Notes under the pieces: generated by a model
Told to the model about the DNA's origin: nothing
Databases searched by the model: none
The model's input: only the letters and a program-made list of their open reading frames with translations
Origin: Haliotis rubra
Lineage: Eukaryota
Assembly: GCF_003918875.1 (NCBI RefSeq)
Contig: NW_025767677.1
Span: 124,001 to 188,000, forward strand
Direction of reading: 5' to 3'
DNA: 64,000 bases
Made by a program: the position numbers and the translations under genes
Part shown: positions 12,633 to 24,000 of the stretch, in pieces
Position numbering within the stretch: position 1 is the stretch's first letter
How the letters are laid out: each line of letters starts with the position of its first letter

Positions 12633-13140
12633 CTGGAAATACAGGCAGATCAAGTTACATTACAAGCAAAAACAATACATCCATACATGAAAAACAGCAC
12701 TATGAAACTTTTAAATCTTCTTGACATCAGAAAAGTAATGGTTTCAGAGATTGTATCTAAGTGGGGAATAAATTCCTGCTATATAATTGAGATATGAGAA
12801 CGGCCAAGCACAAAAAACACTGAAAATTTAGCTGGGGTCTTGAGTGTCTTTTATTGCAGATTTACATTGATCTAAAAATCGTTCAAAATGAAACCAAAAC
12901 CCCGAAAATCCATGGAAAATTCTCACGTCTGTATAATGACAGCCTGTAATATATTTGACTGCACAAACCACTGGTTCTTACAGTGAACAATGCCTTGCTG
13001 AACCAAGTCACCAAGCATAACCACCCAATAGAAAAACAGACAGTTAACAGTCGTCTTGGCATCTGTCGTAACCAGGGTGCTTCCCATAGATGTCAAAGAA
13101 CTGGTCTGTCAACCAGCAAGTGTGGCAAGTGTGTACATAC

Positions 13141-13299
13141 CTGAGTTGACCCTGGCATGGGGATGTTGACGATGCCAGCCGCCTGTTTCAGAAGCAGGTA
13201 CTCAATGACACCTTTAGACAAGGCCTTGGTCTGCTCCTCCAGGTCGTGAGGGTCGCGGCCGAAGGGGATAGCCATGAGTATGCAGAAATCCTTCTGAAG
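13141..13299 (-). CDS. spen: spen coding exon 16 (SPOC)
   Basis: Acceptor tttcag|CTT, donor CAG|gtatgt; FCILMAIPFGRD...YLLLKQAAGIVNIP. Confidence 0.96.
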
Positions 13300-13614
13300 C
13301 TGAAACAGGATACAGCGTTAGGCTTACAGGAACAGGACATAGTCACTTAGTGTTGCACGGAACAGAACTAGAACACAAGGAAACTAAACAGTTTCAGAAA
13401 GGAAAGTCAATTGAAACCTCATTTGTGAAACTGAACATTTCTTTAACCTTATCATCGCAATCAGAAAGTGTGTATCTTAATTTCTGTAATGTCAATTTGA
13501 ATACTGACTGAAAAAATCCCAGATAAATAGTGATTGAAAAGTGCAATGATGGACCATGGTACAGTTACCTAGATCATGGAGACATACAGACAAAAATTGC
13601 ATGTCACTGGCCCA

Positions 13615-13736
13615 CTGAGAGTTGGGTTTTACGTCACTTTATAGCAATATTCCTGCAATATCATGGCTGGGGACACCAGAAATGAGCTTCACACATTGAA
13701 CCCACGTGGGGAATCAAACCTGGGTCCTCGGCGTGA
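13615..13736 (-). mobile_element. SINE family A (5'-truncated)
   Basis: Tail plus body up to the B box. Confidence 0.82.
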
Positions 13737-13882
13737 GAATCTATTTCATAAAGCTATTGTAACACTTATGTGAATGTTACTCCCAACTGTCGATTTTGTG
13801 GAACAAGATCCTGTGGTATCCTTGAAGAATATATTTTCCATGGGCATAAATTTCTCAAAATTGGAGTGTGTGTGATGCTCAC

Positions 13883-14086
13883 CTGCATCCTCTTGGAGAC
13901 TCCATCCAGCTGTGAGTGTTCCATCCTCATTCTCTGGGCTATCCTCAGCGGCTGAAGGGCACCCCCTGGGATCTGGGGAGGCAGGGTCACCTTGGGCAGG
14001 GTGCTGTTGCCAGCAACATAGTGCATCTGTACCAGGCTGTTGTCATTCTTCAGCGCCACAGCACCTTGCCACACAACCGGATATTG
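13883..14086 (-). CDS. spen: spen coding exon 15 (SPOC)
   Basis: Acceptor cttccag|CAA, donor CAG|gtgagc; QYPVVWQGAVALKND...PLRIAQRMRME. Confidence 0.96.
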
Positions 14087-14409
14087 CTGGAAGAAAAGAT
14101 TGTACATGTGATATTGTAACTGGGTTTATCTACACAAAATAACCTTAATCCCTTATCTAATTAGTCTAACTTACAACTACATCCACTGTCATTGGCCTAA
14201 GTAATATCTCCATAAAAAAAACTTGGTAACACAACTATTTTTTAACTGATGAAAATACTTCATGGTAGGGACTACTCCTGCCTTCTTCACTCATTCAACA
14301 TTTCATAAACACAACTTGTTTTTTTAAAACCCTTGTTCCAGACAGGTTATTTTCCCCTATCAAACTTGCCTCCAGTTTCCTCATATGTTTGTCTCTGGGC
14401 ATATCGTAC

Positions 14410-15156
14410 AAGGGACTGCGTGTCTGCATCAGAGATTGCTGGATCATCTCTGGCACTCCTGGACCGGGCAGACGGGCACTCTGTGGCTGGGTCGGGTTCC
14501 CAGGCATCATCACCTGGGGCCCACCTTGCTCCTGCCGAGACACAGACCGATGAGCCTCCACTGCTGCTGCTGCTGCTGCTGCTGTTGCTGTTGCTGTTCC
14601 ATCCTCATCTTGTCTAAAATCTGAGGTGGGAAATGTCCTGGTGGTACAACAAGGGACACATCACGACCAGGGATGAAGCCTGGCTGGTCGATGCCTGGAT
14701 ACATCCTTGGGTCGATGGGCAGTCGGATTCCCTGTGGGAAGAGGTCTGGTCTGTAGAGATGGGGAGGGACACCTGGAGGCATTTCTGGTCTCTGTCCTAC
14801 CATCCCTCCTGGTGGAACAAACGCACTGGGCGTCGAGGATGGGATCCGTCCGTCAGCTTGAGACATCATGATCTTATGATCATACGGCAAGGGGTAGGAT
14901 GGCTGTGGTCCCTTGCTGCTGCGACCCTCCTGTCGGAGTTCAGGGTCGGCAAGATTCAGGACTGTGGGAGACTGGGAAGGATGAGGATGTTCAGGCATCT
15001 TCCTATCACGTGCAGCAGCTTCCTGAAGCATTATGCGGTGCTGCTGTTGTTGCTGATGCTGTTGCTGTTGCTGCATGAAGTAGATCATCTCTCTTGACGG
15101 AGGCCTCATTTCGGGTTGTGAAGATGGAGTTGGTGCATTACGAGGACTATCTGCAT
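14410..15156 (-). CDS. spen: spen coding exon 14 (polyQ; apparent frameshift, donor uncertain)
   Basis: Acceptor tttag|AT, with an alternative AG 6 nt downstream. The frame switches at the CAG tract 14561-14596. Candidate donors give exon ends at 14525, 14514 or 14410. Confidence 0.65.
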
Positions 15157-15337
15157 CTAAAATATACAAGGAAAACGTATGTACATTCAAAACAACTAAT
15201 TCAGGCAGACATTCCTTCCACAACCAGATATTGTTAAGCATCAGTATTGTCCATCTATTCATGGCATTCTGAATGGATGAACATTGTTTTACTCAACAAT
15301 GAGCAAAGTTCCCGGATTATCAGGCTAAAGCTAATAA

Positions 15338-15440
15338 TGAGAGAGTGAGTATGGATTTATGCCACTTTTAGCAATATTCTAGCAATATCATGGCGGGGAA
15401 CACCAGTAATGGGCTTCACACATTGTACCCATGTAGGGGT
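15338..15440 (-). mobile_element. SINE family A (5'-truncated)
   Basis: 3' half only. Confidence 0.82.
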
Positions 15441-15598
15441 TTAAACTAATAACATATTGTTTGCTTGACAGGAAGAGGACATGGCTACCTATTCTGACTG
15501 AGGGAAACAATCCAAGATTTCTGTCACAGGTAATTTGAGTGATGTGATACTGATGTGATCTTTATGTGGGTCGATGACATTCATGTAATGCACCTCAC

Positions 15599-15624
15599 CT
15601 TTGTTCTGCCTGAGCTGCTGCTGC

Positions 15625-15656
<32 letters not shown>

Positions 15657-15734
15657 CATCTGAGCCTCCTGATAGATCATGCGTCCTGGCTGACCTGACA
15701 CAGGCACGTGTGGGTTGGGCAGACGCTCAATCAC
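15599..15734 (-). CDS. spen: spen coding exon 13 (polyQ)
   Basis: Acceptor ttgcag|GTG, donor G|gtgagg; phase 0/1. Confidence 0.85.
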
Positions 15735-16013
15735 CTGCAACAACAGCAAATATTCAGACATTGTTTACCTTTACCGGGTTATTGGGCACTCTCCCCATCT
15801 GTTGGATGTTTGTATGGTTAAAGGCATAGAATTATACTAGTTGACATAAAATACTGAATGAAACCTTAAAATATATTTGTCTCAATCATTCATAATGTCC
15901 ATTTTTAAGATCATAAGGAAAAATTATAAGTTTAGAGCAGATCCAGTTACACCACAAGTTAAGTTGTATTAAGCATCATAACAACAAAGTAAGCATTGTC
16001 CAACCTTGCTCAC

Positions 16014-17767
16014 CTGGCCTACAGGGCTGGCGGTCTTGGGAGAGAGGGAACTCGGGTGGCCGACGACAACTCCAGCGATGAAGGCATTGGCTGCTGATGT
16101 TGCAGGTGGAGTTTTGACACAGATGGCAACGTCAGGAGATGGAGCATGCATCCTGGGTTGTGGTCCTGACTGGGGATGACGTCCCTGACGAACCTCAGAT
16201 TCAATCTTTTGATTCACAATCCTCTGAATGTCTGATGTCCTGTCCATCCCTCCATGACGCATGTCTGCAAACCTTTGCTCTGCTCGATGTATCTGTTCCC
16301 TTCTCACAAGGTTCTGAGGGTCATCTGAAGATCTGATCATGTGGGGTAAGACTTCACCTTCCCTCTGTCTCTCTCCACTACGGCCCTGATGGATTGCCTC
16401 CTGCAGCTGCAGGTGCTCCTGCATGTGGTGCATCGTCTCTGGACGATGTCGGATCTGCTCCTCTCGTCTCATCTGTTCTTCCCGCCTCAGCTGTTCCTCG
16501 AGATGACGTTTCTGCTGCTCAGCTGACATAATTTGCTCCCCAGCTGCCAGCTGCTGACGGATGTGATCAGCTTGGGCCCTCTGTCTCAACTGGTCAGCTG
16601 CCACATCTGATACAGACTGTCGTTTCAGTTCGGCAATCTGTCTCATCTGTTCAACAGGTCCTGCTTGACGGTTCTGATCCCGCTGAAGGTGGGCTTGTCT
16701 CAAGTTTTCAGATGTCGGCTGCCTGGCCATGTCCCCAACAAAGTGAGGTTGCATCTGTCCTTGACTTGGAGGACGGGACATATCTCTGGAGTTCATAGCA
16801 TGAGGATTAGTCATTGGCTTTCTTGGACCCTCTTTGCTGTGATTCTGGGATTCTCTGGGACTCACTGGAGACATCAGTCTTGGGTCTACATGAGGCATGA
16901 ACGGGTAGCCATGAGGCCCTGGCATCCTCTGACCTGCCTGCATCCCAGGGATCATGAATGGAGGTGTACTCATGTGAGGTGGATGTGCTGCTCTTCCTTT
17001 GGCTTCAGGACCAGGTTTACCTGGTTCAAGTTTAGGTTCAACAAGTTGAGACTTGGGAGGCTGGTCTCTTGGCGGTCCTGGCATAACCTGGAACTGGACA
17101 TGACTGTGTGCACTTGGCGGCCTTTGAATGTTTATAGTATCTGCACTGCTGGCCGGCACATGGGTCACAGGGAGCTGCACACTCTGTGGTCTCTGTGGCT
17201 GGATCCCCGAGCTTGACATCTGTGGAGGTGGGGGTGTTGTCATTTGTGGAGGGATGCTTTTTGGTTTGGGTTGAGCTGGAGCTGACACAGGAGAAGCCAA
17301 AGCTTTGCTTATCAATGCAACAGGGTTCTGCATGATACTGCTGGTTTGTACACTAGCCATAGGCTGTGTTACAGGCATTGATGTTGATTTACCCACATGA
17401 TGGCCATGTCTCTGCACATTGTCACTGAACTGAGCAAGGTTACCGAGATTGTCTTCATGTTTAATCGGTGCAAGCGACGGCATGGTTGTGTTCGGCAGCT
17501 TTGCCATAGGCATATTGCTCTGGGCTTGTAGCATGGGATTTTCAGGCACTGGGTGGTGCTTGGTGGAAGTTGGAGACATCCCAGGGTCGTTGCGGATCTG
17601 CGAAGCTATTGTAACAAGAGCAGGACTTGGCATGCTGACAAATGTTGAGAGTAAACTTCCAGGTTCAGAAGCTCGACTGAGTTGGGAATGTTCAGATTTA
17701 ATAGCATGCTCTTGTTTCAGATTCTGGGTAAGGATGTCATAGATTTTGGAGTTGACACTCTTTTCTT
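16014..17767 (-). CDS. spen: spen coding exon 12 (P/Q/H-rich)
   Basis: Acceptor ctctttcag|AA, donor CAG|gtgagc; open for 1754 nt; phase 1/0. Confidence 0.88.
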
Positions 17768-18068
17768 CTGAAAGAGAAAAGGCAAAAATTTGGATTAGAT
17801 TAAACACAAACTCCATGGCAACATTATCAGAATAATTTCTGAGGAAAGATAGACATGCATGTTTTGTGAATTGTTTGATCAGCATTCTAGAAGTTGGGGA
17901 GTCAAAAACTTTATGGATGACAACTTCTTGTTTATTGCATAGAGCGACATATCGATGTAGGTTCTTACACCGTTATCAAGATAAAAGTGTTTTGTGAGTC
18001 ATATGTTGGTATTGATAAGACCTGAGATAAGAAATTAGTACATGTACATTGAACTCCGAACATCTTAC

Positions 18069-21000
18069 CTGAAGACGCTACAACTGTGGGAGTTGGCACA
18101 GGCATGGACACCGGCAATGACGTCTCTGGTGGCTTCTCATACTTCACAGGCTCTGGCTTATCTCCATCGTCAGTCATACCAAAGACGCCCTTGGAGACGT
18201 CATCAATGATCTTGTCAACATGGCTCATGAAGGACGAGGTATCATTGGACACAGGTTGAGAAGCAAGGGACTGCTCTGCTGCATGTTCAGCAGCAACGCT
18301 CTGCATGATGTTCTTGATGGCCTGAGCTTGAGCTTCAGCTGGAGTGAGATGAGTCCCGCCTGGGGCAGTAGGAGGAGAGTGATGCTGGTGTTGAGTAAGG
18401 AGGAACAGAGGTTGGCTGAGGAGGAGGAATGGCTGATCTGGTTTGTGGTGTTTGATGCTGTGGTCCAGTCTCAGTTTCTGCCTTAACTGGTTCTGCATCA
18501 GCTGATTTTTTCTTTCTGCTTCTGAGAGTTCGGTAGTGTTCTGTCTTCTCCTCTTGATCTTGCTCACTGGTCTCAAAATTATAGATATTTTCCTTGGAGG
18601 TTGGTGGTTTATCTTCTGGGAAGGAAGGAAACTTGGGGGCTTTCCACTCATCTGACCTCCGACCAGATTCTTTCTTTCCACTATCCATCTCCAATTTTTC
18701 AAGTTTTACAACAGGAGAGCCCAATTCAGCAGCTTTTGGAGAAGCTCGGCCCCTTGGTGATGTTGAATTCTTTGGAGATTGAGCATCACCTCTCTGTGCA
18801 CGAGGAGATGTAGAAGATCTGGTTGGGAGTGGAGAAGTTCCAGACACCATTGCCTTGTAATTTGGGAGTTTTCGTTTACGAGTAGATCTTTGAGGAGTAC
18901 ATGGGCTGACATCTTGAGATGGTTTGTCATCTTCTTCAGAAGCAATAACTAAATTGCCCTCCTCTGGCTCTGGAAAACTGTAATTAGTAGAATCTTCCTC
19001 TTCCTGGTCATCTGTCTTTGCCATGGCACTCTCACACATCTCCAGGCGAGAACTGAATGGGTATGTTTTTCCTGAAAAGCTTTCATCCGAAGTTGATGAC
19101 CTTCGTGTGGTCTCCTCGCCCCAGACTGGTTTCACAGGCTCAGGATCAGAAATGTCTGCAGTATTTTCTTTGTTGATGTTACATGCTCTTGGTTTCCGCC
19201 CTCGCGCGAGGCTCCTCGTCCACGAGATCTATCTGCCCTTGGAGATCTTAATCTTCTTGGCTGGTCTATCACAGAGGTGATATGCTGAGGAAGGTCTTCG
19301 CTTTCAGATTTATCAAAGTCCCATTTATCGCTGTCAGAACTCAAACCAGATTTACTGAGTGGGTCTGAAGATGATTGGTCCTCCGGATGAGTTGGTTCAA
19401 CGGGTGTTTCAACTTCATCTCGAGATCCCTTGTTCCTGGTCGACCGCCTTCCTCTCCTTGGAACTCTCTTGTTGGGAGTTTTGCGAGCAGGTTCGGGTTT
19501 GGGTTCAGCAATGACCAACCTGTCATCAAAGAGACTAGAATCCATGTCTGGAGAACTAAATATGCTTGTTTCAGGAACAGGTTTATTAGCAACAGAGACA
19601 GGAGTTTCTGGCTGAACTTTCTCGGGGGGTTTCGGCACAGGATCAGCCTGCTTTTCTATTTGTATTACAGGTTCCTCTTCCTTCACTTGTTGAAGATGCT
19701 GGGGGGCTTCCTGTTTTTTCAGATGGAGTGGGTTCAAGATCAACTTTCCCAACATGTTGTGGAGACATATCAGTTCCTTGAATGTGAGCAATTGCTGCTT
19801 CTGCCTCTTTCAAATCAGACAATCTGTCCTTCTCATTCAAGACTGGTTCTTCTAGATGTTCATCAGCAGGTTGTAATGAAATGTCAGGGACATCAGTTTT
19901 GAATGCACTTCCTGAATCCAGGTCTTCAAACAAGATAGATGCTACTGCTAGGGCTGCTTCATCAGAGGCAGCTTGAGCAGCCTTTTCATCATTAGTTATG
20001 TCAGTATAGGAGGGATAGGTATCTTCGGGTTCATGATGTTCTGGGGACACCATTGTAATGGATGAGATACTTTGGGAACTTTGCAATGAGGGAAAGCTTG
20101 GAGCATCTGTTGAAGGAGTCCCCTCAGCCATTGAACTTGGAATCTTGGGCAGAGATGCAGTGTTTGGGATTCCGAGGTGGATTGTCAGGTCTTCCTGTGT
20201 TTCTGTATCATCCTTTTCTTCTGGGAAATGTATAACAAGCTTCTTTGGATCCATTTCTTCCAGAGACCGCGGGGAATCATCAGCAGATTTGGCTTCTTCA
20301 AATGTTGGCTTGAATCTCTTTGTCCAATCTGGATCTAAACTCTTCTTAGGGAAAGGTTCAGGTGCATCATTACTGTCCTCAAACGTAAATTCATCATGTT
20401 CAACAATGGTCTCCTTCTTCGGTGATTGGAATGAGAATGGTGATTTCTTCACTTCCACAGGAGGGGATACAGGATCTTCATTTTCCCTTGGAGGACTAGC
20501 TAAGATGTCAAATACTTTCATCAGATCTGGAGAAGAATCAATAGCCCTTGGAGAATGGTGTTTGACTACTTCCTTAGCCTTAGGTTCCACTATATCTGGT
20601 TTAATTTCAACTGGAATTTTAGGTTTTGGTTCAGCCTCCTTCTTTTCTACAGGCTCAGAAGTAGGTTTCTCAATCGGTTTCTCAATCAGGTTTTCAGAGA
20701 CATGTTTCTCCTTATCTTTTTTCTTTGTCTTCTTAGGCTTGTCAGTCTTAGGGCCTTTCTCCTTTTTGGTTCCCTTTTTGCTTTTCTTCGTTTCAGCCTT
20801 GTTGTTAAAACCAATATCAACTTCTGGACTCTCGATCTCTGTTGACACTTGGATTTCAACTGGGATAGGAGTATCATTGATATCAGGTAAAGGCTCAGGT
20901 GACAAAGTGATATCAAATTCATGAAATTTAGAATCCACAGACGCATGATCAACCACTGGCTCTTTGACAGCTGCAGTTACCAAATCTGAAACACTTTCTT

Positions 21001-24000
21001 TTGCACTTACATCTTTATGAATGTCCTTAGGAACATCTTTGTTGAAATCTTTCAGAATGTCTTTTGACTTGTTATCATTGTTAGGACTCTTTAGTTTGTT
21101 TTTGCTAAACAGAGGTCCATCTTTCTTTTTCGATTCTCCAAAAGGCTTGCATTCAAACTTCTCTAGAATTGAATCCTGTGAGGCATCAAAGTTGTATGTC
21201 TTTTTAGCCAACTCTGAAATGTCTGGTGCATCCAGTCTTGAAGATTTCTGTCCAAAGCTTGAAGAGAGGGGTTCTCGTTTCTCAGTGTTATTCACTGTTG
21301 GATGGTCATCTATTTCCATCTTGCTATCCTTGCCTTTCCCATCCTTCTTTTTCTTCTTCTTCTTTGGTTTCTTTGCCTTAGGAGGTACAAGATCTTTATC
21401 AGAGTCCTCCTCTTGACTAGAATGTTTATCAAATGAGAAAGTCTCCGACTGAACTGGTGGCTCAACTTTGGTTTCTTTGTTTCCAAATTCAGATAATTTA
21501 TGCATTTCAGAGAAAATATTCTTTTCAGGGTCCCTCACAATAGACGTGAATAAGACAGGTGATGGCTTACTAATTTCAGGTTCAATGTCTGAAGGTTCTT
21601 TGTTAGGTTTCTTTGTTTTTGCCTTGGACTTCTTCTCCTTTGCATCAATCTTTGGCGGTTTGACTTTAGAATCTTCATCTGTTTCATCAGGCCTTGAATC
21701 GAATTTGGGAGCAGACGTTTTTGGTTCTTCTTCAGCTGATTCACTTTTGGGCTTTTGCTTGTCGTCTTGTTTGGTATCAGGTTTGCTTTTCGTTGGCTTG
21801 TCTTCAACCTTTGACTCGATTTACTTTTTGAGCCAGCAGAATCTGGCTTCAGTTCACACTTATCTACTTTAGCAGTCTTCAGTTCTTCAGGTTTCACATC
21901 TACCTTGTTTTCAGTTTTCTTATGTTTTGACAACTTGTCTTCAGATTTATTCTTTGACTTCTTTTCTTCTTTACCCTCAGTCATATGGCTATCAGGTTTT
22001 TCTTCTGTCTTGAAGGTCTTGTGTTCTTTAGAAATCTTCTGTTTTTCAATCTTACTTTTCTTCTTTTCTTTCTCCTCCAATTTCTTTTCCCGTATTTCTT
22101 CCACCTTCTTTTCCCGTATTTCTTCCACCTTCTTTTCTCGTGTTTCTTCAGACTTCTTTTCCCTTGTTTCTTCAGATTTCTTTTCCCGTGATTCTTCCAA
22201 TTTCTTTTCCCTCATTTCTTCCAATTTCTTTTCCCTCATTTCTTCCAATTTCTTTTCCCTCATTTCTTCCAATTTCTTTTCCCTCATTTCTTCAGTTTTC
22301 TTCTCCTTTAGCTCATCAACCTTTTCCTCCCTGAACTCTTTTAGTTCATCCATCTTTCTCTCCTTAATCTCCTCTGCCCGTTTTTCCTTCACTTCTTCTG
22401 CTTTCTTTGCATAAGCCTCCATCTGACGAAGTTCTGCTTCTCCTTTCCTTATCAAATCCTCTAGCTGAAATACCTCTTCCTCTTCTTCCTCAATGTTTGG
22501 TTTATCAGCATCTTTCTTCTTTGACTTGGATGCAGAACATGGTTCCTTGTCCTTCGGCTTCTTCTTCTTCGGCCTTTTGGACTTGTCATTTTTCCCCAGG
22601 TCTACATTTTTCTTTTCTCCTTCATCCATTGTCTCTGGTTCAGTAATGCTCATTTCAGATGGGAAAGCATCAACAAACGATCTGTCCTCTAGCCTCTTCT
22701 CAACTTTGACTTCTTCAAAGTCATCATTATCATCATCACTCCAATTCTCCCTTGACTTCCTTTTCTTAGTTGGCTTCTTGCTTTCAGGCTTAATGATTGG
22801 CTCATCATCGTTTAGAATATCCATATCATCATCTGAATCGGAAGATGATTCCAAAAACTTTCTTGCCTTTTTCTGCATGATTGTCTTAGATTTCTTCTTC
22901 CGTTTCTGTTTAATATATTCCTCAAGTTCATCAGAGGAAGAACTCTCAATAACCTGAGTCTTTTTCTTCCGCACTTTCTCTTTAGGAGGTTCAGGTTCTT
23001 CTTCCTCTGAGTTTTGTGTACCCGACATTCCACTCTCATCATCAGAGTTGAAGGAACTGCAATCACTGTCATCACCTCTGTTGGACTTGGATTTCTTCTT
23101 CCGACTTTTCTGAAACCGGTCAAAGTATTTTCGAACATCTTCGGTTTCATTTTCCTTACTTTTCTCAATAGACCGTCTCTTGACTTTATCATACATTGAC
23201 ACATATGGTTCAAAGTCATCGACAAGAAACTCAGCTAGCATCTTCCTCTCCGCTATGGCTGCTGCTTTCTTCTCCGCTGCCTTCCTCTCCCTCTCTTTCC
23301 TATCTTCCTTTTTCTCTTCCTTTTTTTCTTCTTTCTTCTCAGATTTCTCTTTTGTACTCCTAGATTCTGATCTGTCTCTGCTTCCTTCTGTCTTTTTATC
23401 ACTTTTCGATGAAGTCTTTGACGTCTTTTCTGCCTTATCCCCTTCTTTGACTTTCTTCTTCTGGTCCTTCTGATCTTTAGAGTCTTTAGGCACCTTGTCT
23501 TTGGTTGAAGAGGAAGAGGAGGAGGAGGACTTCTTGGACTCTTTGTGATCCTTGTTCCCTTTATCTTGAGATTTGGATGCTGACTTGTCAGACTTATTTT
23601 CACTTTGAGAAGAAGAGCTTTTAACTTTGTCAGGTTTTGTTTCCTTGCTCTTTACTTTATCTTTCTTCTCTGGTTTCCTCTCCTCAGTCTTCTTTCCTTC
23701 ATTTTTCTCTTCCATCTTCTTGTCATCCTTCTTTTCTTCTGCTCTCCTCTCGTCTGATTTTTTCTCTTCCTTCTTTTCCTCACATTTCTTTTCTTCAGCC
23801 TTCTTTTCTTCGGCCTTCTTTTCTTCAGCTTTCTTTTCTTCAGCTCTCTTGTCCTTGTCATGCTTCTTGTCCTCATGTCCTTTGTCTTTTGATTTGAATT
23901 TCTCAGAAGAGTGGTCTTTGCTGTCTTTCTTGTTCTCACTCTCTTTATGTTTGGTTTTGGTCTTCTCCCGATTTGCATTGTCAGCTTCTTTATGACTTTT

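Noticed and set aside
21815-21835. Programmed -1 frameshift at the TCAAAAAGT run
   Set aside because: Slipping in the A5 run meets a TAA immediately; the needed shift lies after it, at a non-slippery site.
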